Shown here: positions 12,086 to 24,472 of the stretch, in pieces | How positions within the stretch are numbered: the first letter of the stretch is position 1 | How the letters are laid out: every line of letters begins with the position of its first letter | Origin: Cenococcum geophilum | Lineage: Eukaryota | Length of the DNA: 64,000 nucleotides | NCBI GenBank assembly: GCA_050273025.1 | Contig: CP158635.1 | Span: forward strand, 23,002,001-23,066,000 | Reading direction: 5' to 3' | Translations under genes and position numbers: made by a program | The notes under the pieces: generated by a model | Told to the model about the DNA's origin: nothing | Database searches by the model: none | Seen by the model: the letters and a program-made list of their open reading frames with translations, nothing else

Positions 12086-15000
12086 ATAAATTAGTTATGT
12101 TTTCTTATAAAATAGATTAGCTGGTATTTCTCTAGTAAGAATTAAACTCTATATCGCCTTGCCTATTCTATATAGGTATTATAAGCTTTCTCTAGTGTTC
12201 TGTAATTTTCTGCGGCTATTAGCCCGTATATAATTAGGTTTATATTATTAATAAAGCCTATCCCCTAGGTTGCCCCTTCCTTAAAGGAGTTAAGTAGGTT
12301 GCTTATAAAGAAAAGGAAGAGTATAGGCAAAAGGGGTAATCTTTATAGTATTTCTGTTACAACTATAATAGGGGGGCTTTAGTATCCGCTAAAGACTAGT
12401 AATATTTCTTTTTAACCTATAAACCCTTAAATAAATTATATAATCTATTCTAGGAAGCCTTTTGCCCTAAGGATATATAGGAGACGCTTATAGGGTATAT
12501 TATTATAGGCGCTACTAATATTTAGGCTAAGTATTAATACTATAAAGTCCCTTTCTAAGATCTTGCTAAGGGTATTCTCTAAGGTAATAGGGCGGTAGCT
12601 CCCTAGAAATAAGTAGTCTGCTTTACCTTCTTTATATAGGATAAATGTTATTATAGCTCTTTTAAGTTTTAGGTAGTAGCCTATTATAAAGTATACTCTA
12701 GCTATACCCGTAAGCTAAGGTGCTATTAATAGTCTATAGGTCTTTAGGGCTTTATTTAGGATCTTATCTAGTCCTAGTGCTATATTATTTAAAAGGCGGC
12801 TAATAGTTTTGGCCATTTCTTCGGTTATTATATCGCTGTTAACCCTTAGGCGAGTTGCCGGTACTTCGCCTATAATATTACTAAGGTCTACTAAAACTAG
12901 TTAAGGGAAAAATCTTTCTATAAGGATCTTTACCTTCTTATTATTATTGCTTATAGCTAGTAATTTATCTAGTCTTCGCAGGGGTGGAAGGTATAGGTCT
13001 TTTACTAAACGTCCTGCCTTTCTTTTTGCCTATTTTACTATCCTTTAAAGACCTTTATTATGGAGGAGGCTCGGGTTAGTAGTATGCTTATTTATAAACT
13101 ATCTCCAGCTATTCCTTACTTCTTTTTTTAGGGTATTCTTTAGCTAGTTTCTTATATCTTTATATTATCTCTTGTCTTTAGAATTATAGCTGCTTATATA
13201 TTTTCTTTTTGCTTATTATTAGCTAGTAATAAGAACTATATATTATACGGACTATGCGTGTTATATATAAGGGCCCGGGTTTAAGACTGGGTAGTATTCT
13301 TCTAGCCTATTTTTAATTACTGCCTAGATCCTTTTTAGTCTTTAGTTAATTTCCTTAGGGGTAGCTAATAAGCCTTGCTTGTTTAGTATTGGGTGGATTT
13401 CTTCTAGGTCTTAAAGTTATTATTTAACTATATTAAGGAAGCTATTTGTCTTAAGCTTTCTTATTATATATCTTTTACTATTTAGTTGCGCCTTAATATC
13501 TAGATCTAGCTATATCTAAATAGGGATATAGTCTAAAGCAAGTACCTATTCTTCTTTAGGGTTATATCTTTTAAGTCTCTAGTATAGGCCTTTATCTATA
13601 AATATAAGGTTAATTATACTTCTAGCGGTGCCTTATTGCCATATAATTACCCCTAGGGGGGTAGCTAGCTTAAGGCCCTAGGTGTTTATAGCTCTTAGTA
13701 GGCACTCTGCCTATTATTTAGCAGTAATATAGATACCCCCCTACTACGAGTAGTAGAGGTTTATATCTCCTAATAGGATAGACTTTATACCTTTAGTTTT
13801 AAGTAAGCTTATTACTAATATAATATTCTTTATTTATGGGACCCCTTTAACCCTAGGGTTATATATATTAATAATCTATACCGGTCCCCTATATGTCTAC
13901 ATTATTATAACTATAATATTTAGGTTAACTGCCTGCTATAACTATAAGGATAGGCTAATAGCCTTACTAATTATAAAGTATACGCGTATAGCTGCTTTTG
14001 GTTTATATAGGAGCTAGAATCCTTAGGGGCAGTATATTAATTATATATAGGTATTATAATACGGCTCTTATATAGTAAGGATATAGTATTTCTCTAGGTC
14101 TAGGCTATCTAGTAAGGGCCTTACAAAACGGTGGTTTGTATTACTATAGTTATACTATATAATAGATAGGTGGCGGACCCCTAGTAAGGGTTCTTTACCT
14201 TTTCTTTATTTCTTACTTCTTCTATTTCCACTTTCTCTAGAATATTTAGAACTTCTATCTCTTATATCTACACACTAGTTACTACTTATTTTATATAAAG
14301 CTTTTTATTTCTATGTTTTATATTTCTATTAGCACTTTTATATCTAAATCTATTATTATCTTTAGTTTTTCCCCTATTTTTATTAGTTAGCTATATACCC
14401 TTTAAGAGTTAGCTATAAATGTTATATTTACTATATTAAGTTTAATTCTTAATTATTCTAGTCTTAAGCTTACTATAGCTGTCTATAAGGGTCTTCCTAT
14501 AGGGCATCCTTTTCCTTATATCCCCTATAACCCTTATATCCCTATATAGTCTAGTAATATTATATAGCATCGCTTCTAGCCCGTTAAGGCTTAGGATAGC
14601 TAGCCTAGCCCTTTAGTGTTAAAGGTAGGAAACGCTAGAAAGGCACCTACGCCCCCCTAGCTTATTACCTATTATTTCCATTTATATAACTTAGTATATA
14701 GTTATTCTTGTAGCTATTAAGCCCTTACCTTCCGTCTCTTATATTTAATATAGTCTTCTCTCTCCTACGCCTTATATATGCTTTAATAGCAGTTTATATA
14801 TTTTATTTAGTCTTAATTTAAGCAGTGTCTTATATTATAGGGGCCTATATAGTGGCCGCAGCACACCTATACTGCGTATGTGGATTAGGTGTGTTCCTAT
14901 TATATATAGTAATAGTATTATTTTAGGCGGAGTTTATAGTTATAGAGCCTTGCGTCGTATATAAGGCCATTTATAATTATACCTTTTTAGATAAGAAGTT

Positions 15001-15109
15001 TTTGTATCTCTAGTGTATATATACTAATAATAAGGAAGCTATACGTTTAACTAGCGTCTCCTTAGTAAGTCTTTAGCGACCCTTATATCCTCTTATTATT
15101 CTTATTATA

Positions 15110-18100
15110 AAAGAATAATTTGTTACTACTATTAAGAATAAAGCTCTAAAAGGAAGGTTATATTATAACTTTAAAGGTATATCTATTAGGAGCTCTTACT
15201 GCACCTAGCCCAAAAAACTTAAAACTAACTAAAAGAACCCTGAAAAACACCTAGAGAATCCCCCTAAGATGCATACATCGCAGGGAAGGCACACATTAAA
15301 CGACGGTGGCTCGCACTCGCGCGCGACCGCTAGAACTACGCCTAGCAATAGCCCTCTATAATAAAGACGGGTGAATACTACACTATAAAGCGGAAATACC
15401 TCTATTAAGAAGGCATTTAATAAAATATAAAGCCTATTAGACGCGTCTAGTATCCAAAATTGCGAGGGAGTAACCATTAGCTATAATAAACTAATACAAC
15501 TAGTAGAATGGCTCCGCTAGTTTAGCGAACCTTAAGCGCCCCTTTAGTAAACCCTTAATTAAATCCTCTAACGGCTAAGCAAAATTAAAAATAAGTATAA
15601 CCCCCCTTTACCGGCAAACCGCACCTAGGCCACTATAGCTGCGCTTTTATAGCATAGGGAACCTACCCCCCTTAAGTTAATAACCGGGTATATAATTATA
15701 ATACGACTAAATATAGAATAAGTAGAGGGGCTTAGGGGATAATTAGAAATAGAAGTCCTTATAGAGATATATAAAGAGGTCTACGACGCTATTATAGTCC
15801 GACACCTTAAGAGCGGAGATATTAGAGTTACCCTAAAGGACTAATAGGCAAAGGAATAAGCCGTAAAGGCAGAGGATAGGCTAGGAGAACGTATTAGCAT
15901 AAAAGTACTCTATAAGGATTACCTAGTTAAAGTCCCAGCGGTTCCTATAAGCCTTAAGGTAGAAAAGGGACGCCAGGTAGATAATATAGTAATTATATAG
16001 GAAATAGTAAGATAAACAGAACGCCTTATACTAGGACTTAAAATCACCTAAATCTAATAGCTTTAATAGGAAAATGTAAATTAAGTATATAATAAGAATA
16101 ACAAGAGGATATAAGGGTCGCTAAAGACTTGCTAGGGAGACGCTAGACGAATATATAGCTCCCTTATCGTTAGTATATATATACCAGGAATATAAAAACT
16201 CCTTATCTAAAAAGGAATAATTATAAATAGCCTTATATATAATATAAGGCTCTACAACCACAGACTACGCCTAAAATAATGCTATTGCTATATATAATGG
16301 GGACACACCCAATTTATATATGCAGTATAGGTGTGCTGCGGCCACTATGCAGGCCCCTATAATACAAGATATTGCTTAAATTAAGACTAAATAAAATGCG
16401 CGAACTGCCACCAAAGTATATATAAGGCGTAGGAGAGAGAAGACTGTATTAAATATAGGAGACAAAAAGTAAGGGCTTAACAGCTACGGGAATAACTATA
16501 CGCTAGGTTATATAAATAGAAACAATAAGCGATAAGCTAGGGGGACGTAGGTGCCTTCCTAGCGTTTCCTACCTTTAATACTAGAGGGCTAGGCCAGCTA
16601 TCCTAAGCCTTAATAGGCCAGAAGCAACGCCGCGCGATATTACTAGACTAAGTAGGGATATAAGGGTCACAGGGGACATAAGGAAGAGGACGCCCCGTAG
16701 GAAGACCCCTATAGACAGCAATAGTAGGCTTAAAACTAGGATAATTAAGAATTAGACTTAATGCGGCAAATATAATATTTACAGCCGACCTATAAAGGGT
16801 ATATAGCCGACTAGTAAGAATAGGGGAAAAACCGGTAATAATAATAGATTTAGATATAGAAGCGCTAATAGGAATATAAAATATGGGAATAGAAAGCTCT
16901 ATATAAAATAAGTAGTAACTAGGGTATAGATATAAGAGACAAAAGCTCTAAATATCCTAGAGAAAATGGAAATAGAAGAAGTAAGGAATAAAGGAAAGTC
17001 AAAGAACCCTCGCTAGGGGTCTACTACCTATCCATTATATAATATAACTGCGGCAATATAAACCACCGCCTTATAAGGCCCCTACTAGACAGTCTAGACC
17101 TAGAGAAACACTATATCCTTACTATATAAGAGCCGTATTATAATACCTTTATATAATTAATATACTGCCCCTAAGGATTCTAGCTCCTATATAAACTAAA
17201 AGTAGCTATACGCGTGTGCTTTATAATTAGTAAGGCTATTAGCCTATCCTTATAGTTATAGTAGGTAGTTAACCTAGATATTATAGTTATAATAATCTAA
17301 ATATATAGGGGACTGGTATAAATTATTAATATATATAACCCTAGGGTTAAAGGGGTCCTATAAATAAAGAATATTATATTAGTAATAAGCTTACTAGAAA
17401 CCGAAGGTATAGAGTCTATCCTATTAGGAGATATAAACCTCTACCACCCATAGTAAAGGGGTATCTATATTGCTGTAGATTAATAATTAGAGTGCCTACT
17501 AAGAGCTATAGATATCTAGGGCCTTAAGCTAGCTACCCCCCTAGGAGTAATTATATAGCAATAAAGCACCGCCAGAAGTATAATTAACCTTATATTTATA
17601 GACAAAGGCCTATACTAGAGACTTAAAAGATACAACCCTAAAAAAAATGGGCACTTACCCTAAACTATATCCCTATCTAGATATAGCTAGACCTAGATAC
17701 TAAAGCATAACTAAATAGAAAAAGATACACAATAAGGAAGCTTAAGATAGACAGTTTCCTTAATACAGTTAAATAATAACTTTAAAACCTAGAAGAAATC
17801 CACCTAATACTAAACAAGTAAGGCTTATTGGCCACCCCCAAGGAAATTAACCAAAGACTAAAAAGGATCTAAATAGCAATTAAAAATAGGCTAAAAGAGC
17901 ACTGCCCAATTTTAAAACTAGGCCCCTACGCGCGATATATATAGTCTATATAATGCGCAGTTCTGGTTACCAGCTAATAATAAGTAAGAAGGAAATATAT
18001 AAGCAGCTACGACCCTAAAAACAAGAGATAATATAAAGATATAAGAAACTAGCTAAAGAATACCCTAAAAAAAGAAGTAAGGAATAACTGGAGACGGTTT

Positions 18101-20728
18101 ATAAATAAGTATACTTCTAACCTAAGCCTCCCCTATAATAAGGGCCTTTAGGCTATAGTAAAATGGGTAAAGAAAAAAGTAGGGCGCCTAGCAGAAGATT
18201 TATACCTACCACCCCTATAAAGAGCAGGAGAATTATAGGCTATAAATAACAATAATAAGAAGGTAAAGATCCTTATAGAAAGGTTCTTCCCCTAACCGGC
18301 TCTAGTAGACCTTAGTAATATTACGGGTGAAATACCGGTGACTCGCCTGCGGGTTAACAGCGATATAATAATAGAGGAAATGGCTAGAACTATTAGCCGC
18401 CTTTTAAATAATATAGTATTAGGACTAGATGGGATTCTAAATAAGGCCCTAAAAACCTATAGGCTATTTATAGCACCCTGGCTTGCAAATATAGCTAAAG
18501 CATACTTTACTATAGGCTACTACCCGCGACTTGGAAGATCTATAACGATGGTTATTTTATAAAAAGAAGGTAAAGCAGATTACTTAATCCCAGGAAGCTA
18601 CCGCCCTATTACCTTAGAAAATACCCTTAGTAAGATCTTAAAAAGGGTAATAGCGGAACATATAACAGATATGGTAAAAAAATACGCCCTACTACTATAA
18701 AGCTAAATAGGGGCAAGAAAGAACCGCTTAACACTATTAGCACTTACGCTACTTGCTACCACCATTAAATCTACATAGGCGATGTAAAAGGACTTTATAG
18801 TATTAATGCTTAGCCTAGATATTAGTAGTACCTATAATAATATACCCTACAAGCGTCTCCTATATATCCTTAGGGCAAAGGGCTTCCTAAAATAGACTAT
18901 ATAATTTATCTAAGGGTTTATAGGCCAGAAAGAAATATTACTAGTCTTTAGCGGATACTAAAGCCCCCCTATCGCAGTTGCAACAGGAATACCATAAGGA
19001 TTACCCCTCTTACCTATACTCTTTCTTTTCTTTATAAGCAACCTACTTAACTCTTTTAAGGAAGGGGCAACCTAGGGAATAGGCTTTATTAATAATATAA
19101 ACCTAATTATATATAGGCCAATAGCCGCAGAGAATTGTAGAATACTAAAGAAAGCCTATAACACTTATATAGAATAAGCAAAACATTATAGAGTCTAATT
19201 CTTACTAAAGAAATACTAGCTAATCTATTTTATAAGAAAACGTAACTAATCTATAGATCTCTAGTATATAATTTATATCTAAGGCTTTAGGGGTTAACCA
19301 GTTTAGGGCCTAAGGGTATTAGGAGTATAGGTAGATAGTAAGCTCCAGTAGAGCGTATATATAGTATAAGTGGCCCGTAAAGGCTAAGTATAGTTTATCA
19401 CTTTATCTAGGATTATTAATTCTATATAGGGTCTATGCTTTTAGAGGTTACGCCTATTATATATAGCAGTTGTCCGGCTAACCATAATATATAGATCTAG
19501 TGTTTGGGCCATTAGAGAAACTAAAAAGGGCCCCCCTAAATTACTCCTTAAACTACTTTAAAAGGTCCAAACAGCCTACCTTTAGAGTATTATAGGCGGG
19601 TATAAGCAAACGGCCATAGTACTGCTTAAGAAGGAATCTAATATTCCCCCCCTATAGTTATATATTAAAGCCGCTACAATATAAAGGATATAAAATAAAC
19701 GTAACTCTAATATTATAAAGTACATTAAGACACGCCTAAGTAAACTATAGAGGGACCCTAGGGTGCCCCGTAGAAGAATAAACCAATAACCCTAAAGTAG
19801 GGAAGAGATATTAAAGAAATAGGTAAAGAAAGCAAAAGAAGAATAGTGCCGCTTTAGGGCCCAGGCCTATATAGAGGAGGAAGGGAGACGTGTAAGAGGT
19901 CAGTAAAGATAATAGTAAGATAGAGAAAGGAGCTAAAGTAGAATATATAAGAACGCCAGGAAACCATCTACCGTAATATAATACTAGTTAGACCAACGCT
20001 AAAGAGGTAAATAGGAGTTAAAGGTATAGAGGCTAACTTAGGCAAGACGAACCTAAGCTATAGTATAGTTAACGCTATAGGGGGTAAATACCTAAGGGCT
20101 CTAAGAAGGCCTAATAAAGGCAGAAAATATAATAGTAACACTCTTAAGAATAGGAATAATAGGACTAAAAGATTGGCTTTACTGGGTGGGTATCCTAGTA
20201 GGTAGCCTAAGATATAAATGTGGCTAGCTAAGACAGACACTAAAATACGTAATACTGCTATGCCCCCTACGCACTAATTAAGAAATAATACTCTTAGTAG
20301 CTGGTATAGAGAACTATAATATACTGCTCTTAATATAAAAAGGCCTTAAGGCGGTCACCTAGTGGCTTATTAGTTAAAATATACTAAATTAGTTCTGGGT
20401 TGTAAGGGAAATGGTAATAGAAGGCAAGGGGGCGAGTAATAGGTGCCCCCTAGTAACTCTATAGTAGTAAAGTAAAAGTTTGTAATACTAGCGCGTCTAT
20501 AGGCTTGTTACAGCAGCAGTAGTTCCTAAAAAGGTTAAATAGTAAGGTAGTAAAGCACTATAGGCGACTTATAGGCGCTAAGTAGGCGAGTCCTAAAAGG
20601 CGGGGAGATAGATTACGGGGTTTTCTTATTTTTCTTAAATAGAGTTTTCTCCCTATATATAAATAAGGAGTAGTCCACATAGGCCTAATAGGGATCTAAA
20701 TTGGACGTTAAGCAATGAATTATTATTC
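15110..20728 (+). mobile_element. Tad1-like LINE copy 2, full length, RIP-mutated
   Basis: 5' GGAGCTC at 15189. ORF1 has CCHC-knuckle remnants. ORF2 has endonuclease and RT remnants (GLDGILNKAL, GSYRPITLENTL). (TTA)n tail. TSD approximately TTATTCTTATTATA at 15096-15109 and 20729-20742. Confidence 0.9.
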
Positions 20729-22307
20729 TTATTCTTATTATATACTTAGTTTATATTTTCCTATTAAAGCTATTAGATTTAGGTAATCTTAAGTTCTAGT
20801 ATAAGGTGTTTTATTTATTTTACTATTTTATATATAGTTGCTATATTATCTACCTAGCGTCCTTTTTCTACCCTAAGGCTTAGGGGGACCACTAGGACTT
20901 TAACTAGGTAGTCTTTATAAAGCACTTTTATACTAATACGTTCTCCTAGCCTATCCCCTACCTTTATAGCTCGTTCCTTTACCTATTAGTCCTTTAGGGT
21001 AACTCTAATATCTCCGCTCCTAAGGTATTAGACTATAATAGCGTTATAAACCTCTTTATAAATCTTTATAAGGACTTCTATTTCTAATTATCCCCTAAAC
21101 CCCTTTACTTTTTCTATATTTAGTTATATTATAATTATATACCCAGTTATTATTTTTAGGGGGGTAGGTACCCTATACTATAAAAGCGTAGCTACGGCAG
21201 CCTAGGTACAGTTCGCTAGTAAGGAGGGGTTTTATTTATTTTTAATTTTACTTAGCTATTAGAGGATTTAATTAAGGGTTTACTAAAGGGACGCCTAAGG
21301 TTTACTAAACTAGCGGAGCTATTTTACTAGCTGTATTAGTTTATTATAGCTAATAGTTACTCCCTTATAACTATAGATACTAAACGCGTCTAATAGGCTT
21401 TATATTTTATTAGATGCCTTCTTAATAGAGGTCTTCCTGCTTTATAGTATAGTATTCGCCCATTCTTATTATAGAGGTCTATTACTAGGCGTGGTTCTAG
21501 TGGACGCGCGCGAATACAAACCACCGTCGCTCGACGTATGCCTCCCCTGCAATGCATGCATCTCAGGGGGATTCTCTAGGTGTTTTTCAGGGTTCTTTTA
21601 GTTGGTTTTGGTCTTTTTGGGCCGGGTGCAGCAAGAGCTCCAAATTTTTTTTTTTACGCCACTAATATTAAACCACTAGGCAATAATCTATAATCTAACT
21701 ATAGACACACCCTAATTGGACCGGTCCTCCCTACCGCAATCTCTAAAACGTAGGACACCAGGACATTAGACACTAAGACTGTAATATTACAACAATCTAA
21801 CTTTTGGCAATATCGTTAAGCACCTACTACCAATATTGGTATAACCAGTAGAGAATTTGTATGGGAGAGGGCCCTATTTAGCCCGCGAGGTAGACATCCT
21901 AAGCCTTTTTAGGTATTAAGCTCCTTTTTTCCCTACTTATTTACCCAACACGTGACTCTTGATATAACAATACCATTAGTATTACGATACGCTCGGCCGA
22001 ACAAACGGTATCGTACTAAAGAGATTTTACTATAGTAAGATAAAATAAGAAGCCTCTGGAGTATAGTGGAGAGAGTTACATATATAGCAACCCCGCTGTG
22101 CGCGCCAAGCCTCGGTAAAAATTGGACTATGCCTAATATGCGCCACACTAAGCCACCAAAGGCTAGCGCGAAATGGGGCCAGGAACTTTTTACCGCTATG
22201 AACACAGAAACGTGAAACATGTGCTCTCGGCTAAACTGAGGGAGGTAGGAAAAAGCTATCGGATTTACCCAGGTTCGTTGCAATGTACTCTATAATTGAA
22301 TCCCCTT

Positions 22308-23078
22308 CTATAATGCAAGCGCGGCAAGAAGAACACCAGCAAGACCAGCAATCGATCCCTTCTGGACGAGGTTCACCGCAGCCGCTCCTGTGTTCGATGC
22401 CCGAGCAGCAGCTGAGCCTGTAGTTGAGCCAGTCGCGGTCCCAGTTACTTTGGTTATTGAGGCGGTGGAAACCACGGAAGCTAATCACCATGAGCAAATC
22501 TGTCTATATCTTTAGGTTATAATGAGCGTTCTTACCCCCGGAGGAAGCCTTTGCACCAGAAGCCGGAGTCTGCGAGGCAGTAGTGGCCGCAGCGGTACTC
22601 GCTGCACCTAGCTTCTCCAATCCTGCCGTGATAACCACTGGTTGCCAAACACTTGAAAAGTCGTCCGCGCTCAACACCGAAGTCTCCACACCCTGACTAT
22701 TCGCCAACGATCCACCGACTGACTCCGTACATGTAACGCTGGAGCTGCCTTTCAAGTCGCAATGCGCAGAGATGGATACCTCGCCAGGATAAGTGTATGC
22801 CATCTCCCACATCGAGGGGCCTTGGGTGATTGTGAACGCAGGGCCGCAGAAGTCGGTGGTCACCGGTGCGCAAGTAACTTCGTACGTCGTAGCAGTAGGG
22901 TTTACGCCAATAACGGATGCCTCGTACGACCCCGAATCCCCATATGGGTTAATCAACGATACTTCGATTGTATGTCGGTACAGATATCTGCTATTTACGT
23001 AGAGATAAACTTACCGGTTGAAGTTTGTGCTAGGGCATGAGCGGCAAGAAATGCCATGGATACGTAGAGTACGAGCAT
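22308..23078 (-). CDS. Secreted GPI-anchored Ser/Thr-rich cell-surface protein; exons 23078-23015, 22961-22536, 22480-22308
   Basis: Signal peptide MLVLYVSMAFLAAHALA. Two GTAAG..AG introns splice in frame. Cys-containing domain ASVIGVNPTATTYEVTC...TITQGPS...WQPVVITAGLEKL. S/T stalk and hydrophobic tail NTGAAA...IAGLAGVLLAALAL*. Confidence 0.88.
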
Positions 23079-23584
23079 CTTGAGTTTACGAAAGAATTTG
23101 CTTGGAGTAAAATGCGCTAGAAAAGACCTCTAAAAGAAGGAATCAAAAACTAGACGGAAGATAGCGAAAGTGAAGTGGAGCGATGTAGGTATCGCGAAGA
23201 GAGATGGGGATGACTCTGATATATAGCAGCCATTGTTGTGCTAAGTAATCTGCTGTCAGTGCTACGCTGCGATGGACGCACGATGCGTCGCTTCGTGATG
23301 AGTTTTGCTGCTAAGAAATGACTGCATAAACGCGTTTTACTGTAATAGGGTTAGTCAGGGGGCGCACAGAGGCGCTTTGGGCGCAACCCTAAAATTAAAG
23401 TGCTCGATCAGGCCGCTCCCTAGTCATTGGTCAGAATCTGCAGCTTTATTCAAAACAATACAATTTCCTTCGAAAGATAGGAAGGCAAGTCTTTTCCAAA
23501 CACCTAGTTAGGCAGATATTTAAAGGAGAGGTACAGGCACCTCCAATGTCGTTCCGCACTTAGATATCCTACCTCTACATCGCC

Positions 23585-24472
23585 ATGACAGCTTCGCTGA
23601 GGTTCCCAATAGCTGTTCTGCACCTCTACGCCCTATTTGTTACATTGGTAGCGGGGTTTGACCATGCGTTATACCTCGAGCCCAGCGATTCATCCTTCAC
23701 GGAAATCACCCTTTCTTTCTCTTCTTGGACTGTGGTTAATATATCAGCTATATGATTAGTCCGTTTTATATATGGCTGCAATTATTTGGTTCGGTGTTCC
23801 CCATGGGAATTAGTTGCTAACTTGTCTAATCGCAGCGAATATCACCGGTGCTGGTGGTTGGGACGATGCGCTTCAACAAGCGAACTCGTTTATGTCGAAA
23901 CTCGCGCTCGAAAAGAAGGCCAACATGGTAACAGGTAGCGACTGCCTAAGCCATATCATGAGTCGTAGCATTAACCGGGCCTGGGAACAACTGGGCCTTG
24001 TGCTGGAAATATCTCTCCAGTTTCACGCCTTGGCTTTAATGGACTTTGTCTTCAAGATGGACCGCTTGCTATTTGTCAAGCCGTGTATGCAAGTGTCTTC
24101 CCAGTAGGACTGACAACAGCGGCATCTCTTTCATCTCCCCCACACTTGGCGGCAACATCACCATTGCTGTTAGCAATGGTTCGATCTCCATATGATATGA
24201 TTCGCAGGATCACGACTCCTTACTTCTATCTTGGGCAGGATTCCGGGTACCCTGCTGTAGATGGATCTGGAGTTCCGTTGAACTTCTTTCCTGGATCCAC
24301 CTTGGTCGATCAATTCACGCTTGGCCCTACAAGGACGCTCGCGACGACCACGCAACTTTGGTCCGAAATCATGGTTCTGCGGGGACCGTTTTGTTAAAAA
24401 ACACGAAGAACACCCTTCCCCCAAAGAACATTGGCGTCTTCGGCAACGACGCTGCAGACTTCTCGGCTGGTA
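23585..24472 (+). pseudogene. GH3 beta-glucosidase pseudogene, 5' half
   Basis: Signal peptide, then GPCAGNISPVSRLGFNGLCLQDGPL and SVFPVGLTTAAS. The sequence jumps directly to DMIRRITTPYFYLGQD (large internal deletion), then PKNIGVFGNDAADF. Frameshifts present. Confidence 0.85.

Larger units (their letters stand above)
9256..21655 (-). mobile_element. Tad1-like LINE copy 1, full length, RIP-mutated, carrying three nested insertions
   Basis: TSD ACGCCACTAATAT at 9243-9255 and 21656-21668. (TTA)n tail at ~9256 and 5' end GGAGCTC at 21641. Reverse-complement similarity to copies 2 and 3. Confidence 0.9.

Noticed and set aside
9011..21640. Short ORFs rich in I/Y/L/K within LINEs, also those in the Cryptons and hATs
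   Set aside because: Chance or remnant frames in RIP-mutated repeats, not genes.
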